From positions 110,052,001-110,116,000 of the forward strand of contig NC_086097.1 of the NCBI RefSeq assembly GCF_963921235.1: a stretch of 64,000 bases of DNA, given 5' to 3'. A program made the position numbers and the translations under genes. The stretch comes from Mobula hypostoma. Taxonomy: Eukaryota. This document shows, piece after piece, positions 36,351 to 49,249 of the stretch (the stretch's first letter is position 1; each line of letters begins with the position of its first letter). The notes under the pieces are model-generated. The model was not told the origin of the DNA and did not search any database. It saw only the letters and a list, made by a program, of their open reading frames with translations.

Positions 36351-36359
36351 ACTCTTTGG

Positions 36360-38650
36360 ATAGACAATAGACAATAGACAATAGGTGCAGAAGTAGACCA
36401 TTTGGCCCTTCGAGCCTGCACCGCCATTCTGAGATCATGGCTGATCATCTACTATCAATACCCGGTTCCTGCCTTGTCCCCATAACCCTTGATTCCCCTA
36501 TCCATAAGATACCTATCTAGCTCCTTCTTGAAAGCATCCAGAGAACTGGCCTCCACTGCCTTCTGAGGCAACGCGTTCCACACCACCACAACTCTCTGGG
36601 AGAACAAGTTCCTCCTCAACTCTGTCCTAAATGACCTATCCCTTATTCTTAAACCATGCCGTCTGGTACTGGACTCTCCCAGCATCTGGAACATATTTCC
36701 TGCCTCTATCTTGTCCAATCTCTTAATAATCTTATATGTCTCAATCAGATCCCCCCTCAATATCCTTATTTCCAGCGTGCACAAAGCCCAGTCTCTCTAA
36801 CCTCTCTGCGTAAGACAGTCCGGACATCCCAGGAATTAACCTAGAGAACCTACGCTGCACCTCCTCCACAGCCATGATGACCTTCCTTAATCCTGGAGAC
36901 CAAAACTGCACACAATACTCCAGGTGTGGTTTCACCAGGGCCCTGTACAAATGCAACAGGATTTCCTTGCTCTTGTATTCAATTCCCTTTGTAATAAAGG
37001 CCAACATTCCATTAGCCTTCTTCACTGCCTGCTGCACTTGCTCATTCACCTTCAGAGACTGATGAACAAGTACTCCTAGATCTCTTTGTATTTCTCCCTT
37101 ACCTAACTCCACACCTTTCAGATAATAATCTGCCTTCCTGTTCTTGCTCCCAAAGTGAATAACCTCACACTTATTCACATTAAACGCCACCTGCCAAGTT
37201 TCTGCCCACTCACCCAGCCTATCCAAGTCACCTTGAACTCACCTAACATCCTCATCACAAGTCACACTGCCACCCAGCTTAGTATCATCAGCAAACTTGC
37301 TGATGTTATTCACAATGTCTTCCTCTAAATCATTGACGTAAATCGTAAACAGCTGTGGTCCCAATACCGAGCCCTATGGCACCCCACTAGTCACCACCTG
37401 CCATTCCGAGAAACACCCATTCACTGCTACCCTTTGCTTTCTATCTGCCAACCAGTTTTCTATCCATGTCAATATCCTCCCCCCAATGCCATGAGCTCTG
37501 ATTTTACCCACCAATCTCCTATGTGGTACCTTATCCAATGCGTTCTGAAAGTCAAGGTACACCACATCCACTGGATCTCCCGTGTCTATCTTCCTGGTTA
37601 CATCCTCGAAAAACTCCAATAGATTAGTCAAGCATGATTTGCCCTTGGTGAATCCATGTTGGTTCGGCCCAATCCTATTACTGCTATCAAGATATGCCAC
37701 TATTTCACCTTTAATAATGGACTCTAGCATCTTCCCCACTACTGATGTTAGGCTAACAGGGCAATAGTTCTCTGTTTTCTCCCTCCCTTCTTTTTTAAAA
37801 AGTGGGATAACATTAGTCATTCGCCAATCCTCAGGAACTGATCCTGAATCTAAGGAACATTGGAAAATGATCACCAATGCATCCACAATTTCCAGAGCCA
37901 CCTCCTTTAGTACCCTAGGATGCAGACCATCTGGACCTGGGGATTTGTTAGCCTTCAGTCCCATCAGTCTACTCATCACCATTTCCTTCCTAATGTCAAT
38001 CTGTTTCAGTTCCTCTGTTACCCTATGCCCTTGGCCCATCCATACATCTGGGAGATTGCTTGTGTCTTCCCTAGTGAAGACAGATTCAAAGTGCTTATTA
38101 AATTCGTCTGCCATTTCTCTGTTTCCCATAACAATTTCTCCCAATTCATTCTTCAAGGGCCTAACATTGCTCTTAACTATCTTCCTTCTCTTCACATACC
38201 TAAAAAAACTTTTGCTATCCTCCTTTATATTCCTAGCTAGCTTGCGTTCATACCTCATTTTTTCTCCCCGGGTATAGCCTTTTTACTTAAGATCTGTTGC
38301 CCCTTAAAGATTTCCTAATCATCCATCTTCCCACTCACCTGAGCTCTGTTATACTTTTTTAATGCTATGCTATCTCTGACTTCCTTTGTCAACCAATGTG
38401 TCCACTTTCCCCCCTTTGAATCCTTCCTTCTCCGGGGGATGAACTGATTTTGCCCCTTGAGCATTATTCCCAAGAATACCTGCCATTGCTGTTCCACTGT
38501 CTTTTCTGCTAGGATATCCGACCAGTCAACTTTGGCCAGCTCCTCCCTCATGGCTCCATAGTCTCCTTTGTTCAACTGCAATACTGACACTTCTGATCTG
38601 CCCTTATCCCTCTCAACTTGCAGATAAAAACTTATCATATTATGGTCATA
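36360..38650 (-). mobile_element. CR1 LINE ORF2 (RT), long and relatively young copy
   Basis: ORFs 37374-38258, 36741-37226 and 36455-36784: KSPGPDGLHPRVLKE, QHGFTKGKSCLTNLLEFFE, VYLDFQ, PHLEYCVQFWSP; (TAGACAA)n tail. Confidence 0.95.
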
Positions 38651-38792
38651 ATCCATACTCTCTAAACCAGGCAGCATCCTGGTAAATCTCCTCTGTACCC
38701 TTTCCAATGCTTCCGCATCCTTCCTATAGTGAGGCAACCAGAACTGAACACAGTACTCCAAGTGTGGCCTAACCAGAGTTTTACAGAGCTGC

Positions 38793-39632
38793 AAACATGA
38801 GGAATTCTGCAGATGCTGGAAATTCAAGCAACACACATCAAAGTTGCTGGTGAATGCAGCAGGTCAGGCAGCATCTCTAGGAAGAGGTATAGTCGACGTT
38901 TCGGGCCGAGACCCTTCATCAGGACTAACTGAAGGAAGAATAGTAAGAGATTTGAATGTGGGAGGGGGAGGGGGAGATCCAAAATGATAGGAGAAGACAG
39001 GAGGGAGAGGGATGAAGCCAAGAGCTAGACAGGTGATTGGCAAAAGGGATATGAGAGGATCATGAGACAGGAGGCCCAGGGAGAAGAAAAAGGGGGAGGG
39101 GGGGAAAACCCAGAGTATGGGCAAGGGGTATAGTCAGAGGGACAGAGGGAGAAAAAGGAGAGAGAGAGAAAGAATGGGTGTATATAAATAAATAACGGAT
39201 GGGGTAGAGGGGGAGGTGGGGCATTAGCGGAAGTTAGAGAAGTCAGTGTTCATGCCATCAGGTTGGAGGCTACCCAGACGGAATATAAGGTGTTGTTCCT
39301 CCAACCTCAGTGTGGCTTCACCTTTACAGTAGAGGAGGCCGTGGATAGACATATCAGAATGGGAATGGGATGTAGAATATAAAATGTGTGGCCACTGGGA
39401 GATCCTGCTTTCTTTGGCGGACAGAGCGTAGGTGTCCAGCAAAACGATCTCTCAGTCTGCGTCGGGTCTCGCCAATATATAGAAGGCCACATCGGGAGCA
39501 CCGGACGCAGTATATCACCCCAGCCGACTCACAGGTGAAGTGTTGCCTCACCTGGAAGGACTGTTTGGGGCCCTGAATGGTGATAAGGGAGGAAGTGTAA
39601 AGGCATGTGTAGCACTTGTTCCACTTACAAGG
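38793..39632 (-). mobile_element. Penelope-like element, GIY-YIG end plus pLTR
   Basis: FTCESAGVIYCVRCSRCGLLYIGETRRRLRDRFAGHLRS; LEEQHLIFRLGSLQPDGMN. Confidence 0.9.
38891..38926 (-). ncRNA. Minimal type I hammerhead ribozyme, intact consensus
   Basis: Minus strand AGUC-CUGAUGA-A-GGG-UCUCGG-CCC-GAAAC-GUC-GACU: stem I AGUC/GACU, core CUGAUGA/GAAA, GUC cleavage triplet. Confidence 0.8.
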
Positions 39633-40209
39633 GTATTTATCCTCCAAATAAACCAAGATCTGTTTTGATTTGTTTTCATCACTTTAATTTTAAAGATAAA
39701 TAATGCGACAGGCAAGAAAACAGAGCGTTTTTAGATTTAAGGAATCTGAGCTCCATTTTTATGAGGATTATCCAAAGGAGGTAATGGAACAAAGATCAAG
39801 ATTTGCTCTGGTAATAAAAGAGGCATATGATAAGAAACTGTTTCCTTCTTTACGTTACCCAACAAGAATTAAAGTTTTTCCTCCTAATTCTCCTCCTTGT
39901 ACATTTTTCGATCCAAAAACTGCACTGAAGTTCGTTCAAGCTATACCTGCTGTCACTGCCAAGTGAACTGTCTGGAAGATTGTCTGGTTATCTGTATATT
40001 ATTGGCATTTCAGAAAGAAGATTTATGAAGGTTACTTGGATATTTCATTGAGAGACTATTAAAAGAAGATAAGGAGATTTGTTCATTATTGCATATTATT
40101 GGGTTTTTTTTGGAAAGAAGATCTATGGTTCAAGTATGACTGTCTAAATGGTTATTTGGACATTCGACTGAGAAAAAGAAAATAAAGGGACTTGTTCCTT
40201 TAACCTAAT

Positions 40210-40367
40210 CAACACACATCAAAGTTGCTGGTGAACGCAGCAGGCCAGGCAGCATCTCTAGGAAGAGGTACAGTTGACATTTCAGGCCGAGACCCTTCGT
40301 CAGGACTAACTAAATTTGATGTGTGCTACCTGAATTTCCAGCGTCTGCAGAATTCCTGTTGTTTGCG
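40210..40367 (-). mobile_element. 158-bp Penelope pLTR inverted-pair insertion
   Basis: 13-bp TSD CCTTTAACCTAAT at 40197-40209 and 40368-40380; decayed hammerhead at 40272-40307. Confidence 0.85.
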
Positions 40368-42699
40368 CCTTTAACCTAATACCTGGTTTGATTTTTTTTT
40401 TGTTTCTTTCTTAATTAATCAATTGGTAGTTTTTTCTACTAATGGGGCTTCTTTTTATACACATATTTAGGGGAGGGTTCAATTACTTATAATATTATTA
40501 GCTGGTATTTTTGAAAATTTAGTTGGGTTAAATATGCTATTAACTGTTTTTCTGCTTTATTATAGTGTCTTATAACCGAATTTAAAGCTTTTTTAGGGAT
40601 TTAATGTTAAATTTTAAAATGCTCTGGTTTTTCTTTTTAAGAGATAACATTATTTTGGTTCTTTCTTGTTTAAAAAGAAGATTAAATATAAACATGGGAT
40701 AGTTTGTTGATGCTGGAATGTAAATACTTTCCTCTGTTGAGATTTTGTCGTTCCTCTTACAAGGTCAGTGGGTTTTTTTTAACAAGGGGGAGGGAGAGAG
40801 AATCTTTCTACATTTCTTGTGTACAGACAGAGCAGTCCCTGGCTTCATATTCTATCATAGGGTGCCTGCTTTTTTTCGGGCTGTTGGGGGAGGGAGGTGA
40901 GGTTAGAGTTTGGGGTTTTTTCCCATTGGGTGCATACGTGTTTTCTATGTGGTTGTATTCTTCATCGCCGCCATTTTTGATCACCCCGTATTGGTATATG
41001 CTCTGTGCATGTGTAAAGTAGGAGAAAATTATAGAATGGTATTTAAATGGATTAATGTAATAAGTTGGTTGTACGTGGTTGGAATCAGTCTATCACACGA
41101 AAAAAAGACTTTTAAAATCATTAACCGATTCCAAACTGATATAATTTTTGCCCAAGAGACACATATCAGGGTGGGAGATCAAAACAATGGAACAACATTT
41201 GCAATCCCTCAATATCCACCACCTCTCCCATGGCTAAGGATATTTAAATATCTCTGTTAGGGTCCTGGCATTTTCTGCATGAGCAGAATTTCTACACAGG
41301 GTCTAAGCAAACACCTTAACAGGCCCTAGGGACTTACCACCCTAATTTTCCTCAAAGTAGCAAACACGTCTTCCTCTGTAATCTGGATGAGGTCCATGAC
41401 TTCAATTCTATAGACTCTGTATCTGTCTTCCAACAAAATACAGATACAGAAAATCCATTTAAGATCTTCCCCCATCTCTTTCAACTTCACTCATAAATGA
41501 CATCATGGCAAATTACCTCCCTTGCCATCCTTTTGCTCTTAATATATCTGTAGAAGCCCTTAGAATTCTCCTTCACCTTGTCTACTGAGGCAACCTCTTG
41601 TCTTCTTTTAGCCCTCCTGATTACCTTCTTAAGTGTTCTCTTGCATTTCTTATACTCCCTAAGCACCTCATTTGCTCCTCCCTGCCTATACACCTCTTCC
41701 GTTTTCTTAACCAGGCCTCACTAACTCTCGATCTCTTGACAGGGCCCCTGCAATTTCTACACTGATGACAGAAAAGAGAATATACTCAATCATAAGGCTA
41801 AGGATGCAGAATTACACGCTTCTGTTGCTAACGTAAATCCACAGCACTTCACGAATGTCCAGTTCTGAGCTGCCACATCTGTTCTGTGTCCATCCATATT
41901 TCTTGCACCTCACAAAAGGATGGAATATATCCTTGGTGTGGACTTGGGAATTTATCTCCACCAGGACTACAATTATCCCTCCTGCCAGTGCCACCATGAC
42001 TAGATGCCACCAGGAGATTGATGAGGTTGAGGCCATTTAGGTTTTCCTCTAACGTTCATTCACTACCTCATGCAGAGCTATTTAATTAGCTGTGTCCTCC
42101 AAATCTTGGACAGCTCACTCTATGGTGCTGCTTGGGGATGGGTGCTCAGAACTCCACCCACAAGGGCGATGATGTGCTGAGAAATTTGAGAAACCATTGT
42201 TATATCTCATAGTCTGCATTTGCCAGCAGTGAAGTCTGAAACAACTTTCCAGTGTTAGTCTGATCTAATAAATGAACAGTGATAAATCAGTTCACCATTA
42301 CAGTAATATACTCAGTGGCCACTTTATTAAATGCGTTTGTACACCTGCTTGTTGAGGTAAATATCTAATCAGCCAATCATGTGGCAGTAACTCAATACAT
42401 AAAAGCATGCAGACATTGTGTGAGCCCATGACCGACTCCATTTCTCACCAATCTTGCCAATTAAAGCGCTGAGGAAGATAGAGGTGAGTGTAGAAGACAA
42501 ACGAATGCTTGGCGCTGTCTACCATTTGCTCACTTACGGCTGCCAGAGGAAGGTCCCTGCATTCAAATGATCTCTCCCTTGATGCTGTTGGAGGATGGTA
42601 ACAAAGTTCTGGATCCATGCTTTGTGGATTAGACTGTAGTTCGAATTGACTCTTTCAAACTTGTGCTTTTATATTCTGTGTTTTCACTCGTTCTTTCTT

Positions 42700-43060
42700 G
42701 ATGCTGTTTGCGTGATTTGTGTTTTGTCTGGGGGGGGGTTGATATTCCTGTTGCTGTTTGCGTGGGGGGGCGCTGATATTCTTGTTGCTGTTTGTGTGAT
42801 TTGTGTTTTGTGTGAGGGATTGATACTCTTGTTGCAGTTTGTGTGATTTGTGTTTTGCATGGGGGTTGATATTCGATGCTGTTCACATGATTAGTGTTTT
42901 GTCTGGGGGGGGTTGATATTCTTGTTGCTATTTGCACAATTTGTTTTTTGCTCGTGCGGGAGGTTGAAGCTCTCGTTTCCATTTGTGCGATTTTTTTTGC
43001 ATGTTAGGAGATTGATGTCCTTGTTGCCATTTGCGTGATTTGTTTTTCTTTGCATGTGCA
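42700..43060. repeat. Degenerate minisatellite (unit about 40-45 bp)
   Basis: Recurrent GATATTCTTGTTGCTGTTTGCGTGATTTGTGTTTTG followed by a G-run. Confidence 0.8.
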
Positions 43061-43574
43061 TACTGTACACTTAGTGGGCACTTTATTATGTACCGAACCA
43101 AGTGGCCACTGAATGCATTACATAAAATATTCAAGCAGGAAGAGATCATTTATCTAACTGTGCCATGACTTTGGACACGAATTTTCTCTGATCCTTTATC
43201 TCAGTCAACCTTCACAATACCAACAGCAACCCCTGGAAAAATACAACTGACGTGAAAGCCATTTGGCCAAACCCTGTTTTAATTTATTTTGTTCTGTTTA
43301 GGGGAATCAAAGATTACAGGAAACAGGCTAGAATGTTGAAATGACGCCAATATTAAATCAGCCGCGATAGTTGTGAATGATGAAGCAGGTTAAATTTGCT
43401 GTGTGCGCCAGTCCTGCTCCTAGTTCCATTGCTTTTAATGTCTTAAGTCTCAATCATATGTGCACATGTTTACATGCTCAGTGTATCAATCACTGAGATA
43501 TATCAGTGAGGAGGAGAGTTACTGCGTTTCTCGAGTCAGTAACAGCAATTTGATTAACTGCTTCAAACCCTGCA

Positions 43575-44310
43575 TAGAACATAGAACAATATAGCACAGG
43601 AACAGGCCCTACAGCACACAACATTATGCCAAAACAGCTAAAAAGTAAATTTAAAAAACCCCAAAAACTAATCCCTCTTACCTGCACAATGTGCATTTCC
43701 CCCCATCTTCCTCATTTTCATGTGTCTCTTAAAAGCCTCTAATGTATTTGCCTCTAACACCTCAGGCAACGCATTCCAGGCATCCAATTCTCTCTGAGTA
43801 AAAAACTTACCCCTCACATCCCCTTTGAACCTACCCCTCTCACCTTCAATGCATGTCGTCGGGTAGTAGACATTTCTACCCTGGGAAAAAGATACTCCGT
43901 CTTCTCTATCTATGCCTCTTTCAGATCTGCCGTCAGCCTCTGCCACTCCAGAGAAAACAACCCTAGTTTATCCAACCTCTCATGATAGCACATGCCCTCT
44001 AAACCAGACAGCATCCTGTTAAACCTCTAATGCAGCCAGAATAGAAGGACATTGCTTATCGACAGAGATGAGGAGGAATTTCTTTAGCCAGAGGGTAGTG
44101 TATTTGTGAAACATTGCCAGAGGTGGCTGTCATTGGGGATGTTTAAAGTGGAGGTTGACAGGTGTTTGATAAGTAAGAGCATCAGTAGTTATGGGGAGAA
44201 GGCAGGAGAATGGGGTTGAGAGGGAAAATAAATCTGCTGTGGACCACAGGTACAACAAACTCATTGAGCCAAACAGCCTAATTGTGTTCCTGTGTTTTAT
44301 GATCTATTCT
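43575..44310. mobile_element. Two CR1 3' fragments in opposite orientation
   Basis: Minus 43575-44030 (FKGDVRGKFFTQR..AWNALPE); plus 44030-44310 (EMRRNFFSQRVV). Confidence 0.8.
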
Positions 44311-44479
44311 GTCATGTGGCCAAAAGCTAAAATTTTTAATAAATGCAAAAAAAATTGCTGTCTTATTCTATGTTCTTCTGCACATTAACACACTTCTTCA
44401 GAGTGACTGAAGTTAGACTTTCGAGCCTAAATGGGACATGAAACTTACTGGGTCAAAATGTTCTGCAGAGACCTATCCA

Positions 44480-47090
44480 TACTTGAACCACTGAACCATT
44501 GTTATACCACCATCAAGAGCACTTACAGTGCCATCCCACACCCACACCCACACCTTGGGAAGTCTGATCACCTGGCTGTACTTCTACTTCCTGAGACTGA
44601 AGACTGCAGCACCAGTACTGAGGAACAAGTAGGTAGGGACAAGGGAAGCACAGGAGCACTTACAAGACTGCTTTCAGTCAGTGGACTGGACTGTATTCAG
44701 GGATTCATCTTCATATCTAAATGAATATTCCACAGCTGTCACTGACCTCATTAAAACCTGTGTAGATGAGCGTTTGCCTACAAGAACGTACTGTACATAC
44801 CAATTCAATAGCCATGGATGAAACAGGAGGTTCAGAGTCTGATGAGGGCGAGATCTGGCAGTCAAGCCTGGAGACCTGGGATTATACAGGAAGACCAGGC
44901 ACAAATTACCGGGGAGGGGGGGGGGGGTGTGCTCTCTCAAGAGCAGTGGAACGAGGTTGGATGTGGAATTAGATGCATGACAACTCTGGCAGTGTTTGCA
45001 GGCCATTACTTCCTACAAAGTGAATGGCAGGGCTGTTTCACTCCCAGATGAGCTCAATGCTTTTTATGCTCACTTTGAAAAGGAGAATAAAACTACAGCT
45101 ATGAGGATCCCTGTAGCATCTGGTGATCCCGTGATCTCGGTCTCAGAGGCTGACATCAGAATGTCTTTCAAGAGAGTGAACCCATGTAAGGTGACAGGCA
45201 TTAGTGGTGTATCTGGTAGAACTCTATAAAACCAACTGGCGGGTGTGTTCAAAGACATTTTCAGTCTCTCATTGCTACAATGGAAGTTCCCACCTGCTTC
45301 AAAAGGGCTACACTCATACCTGTGTCCAAAAAGAGCAGAATGAGCTTCTATCTTCCAGTAGCACTCACATCTACGGTGATGAAGTTGGTTATGGCTAGAA
45401 TCAACTCCTGCCTGAGCAAGGATCTGGACTCAATGTATTTTGCCTATCACCACAATAGATCTACTACAGATGTGATCTCATGGGCTATCCATGTGGCCTT
45501 GGATCACCTGGACAATGCAATACTTATGTCAGGATGCTGTTTATTGACTACAGCTCAGTGTTTAACACAATCATACCTACAGCTCTGATTGAAAAGCTCC
45601 AAAATCTGGGCCTTGTACCTCCCTCTGCAACTGGATCCTCGACTTCCTCACCGGAAGACCACTGCCCATGCGGATTGGAAATAAGATCTCCACTCTGCTA
45701 GTAATCCATACTGGCACACTTCAGGGGTGTGTGCTTAGCTCACTGCTCTACTCTCTCTACACACATCACTGTGTGGTGAGGCACAGCTCAAATGCCATCC
45801 ATAAATTTGCTGATGACACAACCAGTGTTGGCAGAATTTCAGATGGTAACAAGAAGGCATAAAGGACAGAGATATCTCAGTTAGTTGAGTGGTGTCGCAG
45901 CACCAACCTTGCACTCAATGTCAGTAAGACCAAAGAAATGATTGTGGACTTCAGAGAGGGTAAGACAAGGGAAGGCTCACCAATCCTCATAGAGGGATCA
46001 GAATTGGAAAGAGTGAGCAATTTCAAATTCCTGAGTGTCAATCTTTCTGAGGATCTATCCTAGGACCAATGTATCAATGCAGCTACAAAGAAAACACATC
46101 AGCACCTATATTTCATTCGGAGTTTAAGGAGATTTAGTTTGTCACCAAAGACACTCGCAAATTTCTCCAGTTGTGCTGTGGAGAGCATTCAAACTGGCTG
46201 AATCACCATTTGTTATGGGGGGGGGGTGGTTGGGGGTTCTACTGCGCAGGATCGAAAGAAGCTGCAGAAAGTTGTGAACTCAGTCAACTCCATCATGGGC
46301 ACTAGCCTGCCCAGCATCCAGGATATCTTCAATGAGTGATGCCTCAAAAAGGCTGCATCTATCATCAAGGAACCCCCATCACCCCTCTTCTCATTGTTAC
46401 CATTGGGAGGGAGGTATAAAACCTGAAGGCACACACTCAGTGATTCAGGAATCGTTTCTTCCCCTCTACCATCCGATGTCTGAATGGACATTGAACTCAT
46501 GAACACTTCCTCACTGCTATTTTTGCAGGACTTATTTAATATAATCGGACTCAGGCTGAACTACAGAAGACGGGGAGGAGGTTTAGCCCCTGCACACATA
46601 AAATGCAGGCCCACCGGCTTGTAGACACGCCATGGTGTTAATGAGCTAGATCCCCAGCTACGAGTAAATAACCCCACTGCCTTGTTGAGAGACGGAGGCT
46701 GCAGGAGTAAAAACAGACAGAAAATCCAGAGTGGCGCCCCCAAGACAGCCGAACATCACTGAACATCCTTCCAGCAGCTTGTGTGGTCAAGCTGGTGTCA
46801 AACATATTACCTCGCTTTCCTTTGGACTACACTGGTGAGACGGAGAGGGGGATCGTGACAGGACATGGCATCCCAGAATCTCGATTCCTTCCACCCAGGC
46901 TTGTGCCCTGGGGAGGTCACCTACTCCATTGTCCTTCGAGACAGATGGACGCCATCAATATCAATATTTAATTTACTAATATATATGTATACTTACTGTA
47001 AATCACAGTTTTTATTATTATCTATCGCAAAGTACTGCCGCTGCAAAAACAACAAATTTCACGATATATGCCAGTGATTCTGATTCTAAC
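44480..47090 (+). mobile_element. Long decayed Rex1/Babar-like LINE
   Basis: [74 protein letters not shown]; (ATTCTG)n tail. Confidence 0.9.
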
Positions 47091-48559
47091 CATGAACTGT
47101 AGCTGGTCATTAAGTATGTGCAAGTGCTTTCTGACTTTAAACTTTTAAGTAACTAAAATTAATAAAAATAAATGCAACTTTATTTTTACTTTCACAGTCT
47201 CAGTAAAATTGAATACATGCAAATGTCGAAGTTATCATGAATATTCATTTTAAACAGAAGATCTGACTGCCTGTGGGATTGGGGCTGTGGCCTCACTAGC
47301 TGTCAAAGTTATTATAAATGCAATCAACAACTTACACTTGAGAAGCTCTGTGCAGTCCCACACTGTGCCATGCACAGTGTATGATTGTACCAGGGATCAT
47401 GCTGGAAGAAACAACATGGTCCAAGATGCAGACAAGCAGTAGTCTCAAGGTTGACTAAGATCTGCCTCAGATTTGGTCTTAGAGTAGAAAAATATATTGT
47501 ACATTACCTGCTTCAGTCAACACAAAATGTAAAGCAATACCATAGGTAACACACATTTTCTTTTTAGGTAAATATGACGTCAATTTATATTCAATATGAC
47601 ACGGTCTCAAACAAAAATAGATCAATCTACAGAAATATTTTTATAAAGATCTCCGATGAAAAAATGGCAGATAACATTAGCATCATCAAAAAGATATACA
47701 AATTTAAAAATTAAAATTTGCATTTTTATTCTAAATGCATGGTGAATTTATGATTTAAATTTGGTATTTTGTTTTAATTTATTGAGCATTATAAACAAAA
47801 TATTGAAGTTCACTGTTACCTGAATTTTTTCTGAAATGCATTGCTAAGTATTATGGCAACCAACTGAACTAACAATTTGTCACGTGATTTGAAAACTTAG
47901 TCAGGCGCCCTCCATTGTTTTTAGAACCTCTCAGAGGTAAAACTAGTTCTAGTGCTTCCTTTGTGTTAAAGGAACAGAAGGTGTGGATTACTGCAACACT
48001 ACATTTCTGCACCATCTATGTAGATGTGATATGAAGATCCCTTTCTTTCCCATTTCAGAAATGCTCACAGTGCCTCAGGTCACAGATGGTCAGGGATGAG
48101 ATTTTCCCCATTAAATTCCTAATAATCTTTTTGGAGGATGATTCATGGAAGCTTGGGGATTTCTCATTTTAATTAGTGGGTTTAAGGAGCTAAGATTATT
48201 TGAAATTCCCTCCTCAGAGAGCTGGGTGCAGGTGAACCCACTCTAAAAAGTGACACCATATCAGGTCTATATGCCAATTACCATTTCTGATTTGTGTTAC
48301 TCTGGCACAAATCCTAGTTTTGACAAGAACTCCTTCTTTATCACACTGGCAGGATACTGTGACATGTCTAATTGCTCAGGGAATTTTGTAGTTGGAATGG
48401 GAAATCAAACAGAATTCTTTAAACACAACATTCAACATTTTATTCTTTCTTATAAATAACATGTTGTGCTATAAAATTTAAGCTTATTTCCTGTCATTCT
48501 CACTCTCTGCTGGCACACACCCCAATGCAATGGATAAGCCCTGGCAATGTTACAACTGA

Positions 48560-48990
48560 GTGAAATGGCAAAGAGCCAATTCATTGAAACTTTTGATAAA
48601 GTCCCAAATAATAGGTTAGTGCACAAGGTATTGAATGTAAGATACTGGTATGATTGAAGATTGACTGACAGTCAGGAAACAGAGAAACAGAGAAAGGGTC
48701 TTTAATAGGATGGCAAGTAGTAACTGTAGATACAATCAGCGCTCGAACCTCATCTATTCATAACATAAGGGATAAGAGAAGTAAACGTAATATTTTAAGG
48801 ACTGTTAACATCGCTAAACTAGATGGAACTATGAATTATGAGGAGGATGCAAACCAACTACAAGGTGACATAGACAGATTAAGTGAGTGGGTGAAAACAT
48901 GGCAGATGCACTATAAATATTTGGATAAATGTGACATTTTCACATTGATAGGAAACAGAAATTCTGTATTACTTAAAATGAAATCACAGA
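48560..48990 (+). mobile_element. Old CR1 RT fragment
   Basis: FDKVP...LQGDIDRLSEWVKTWQM. Confidence 0.7.
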
Positions 48991-49249
48991 ATAGCACATA
49001 AACAGGGCCTTCAGCCCAACTTGACCATGATTGCCTGTCTACACTAATCTCATTTGCCCCCACTATAACCACTTTGCACAAAAGTGTACTTTGTTTCCTT
49101 TGTTCTAACGATGTTTTCTTGTAAAAATGTGTATAATTTATGATCAGTTTAATATTTTTATGAAAACGCTGCTGATGTGATATTATGAGCCTGTGATGCT
49201 GCTGCAGTTGTTTTTCTTTGCACCTGTGCAATAAACTCATTATCAATTG

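Larger units (their letters stand above)
35568..41181 (+). mobile_element. L1-clade element: 5' UTR, ORF1, inter-ORF spacer and start of ORF2; 3'-truncated, with nested insertions
   Basis: ORF1 coiled coil at 35798-35975; ORF1 C-terminus KPRSVLICFHHF...HFYEDYPKEVMEQR..F...PSLRYPTRIKV; APE start INVISW...DIIFAQETHI; 12-bp TSD AAACAATGGAAC. Confidence 0.85.

Noticed and set aside
47360..47382. CACTGTG/CACAGTG pair as V(D)J recombination signals
   Set aside because: No nonamer at 12 or 23 nt spacing and no V/J coding segment nearby.
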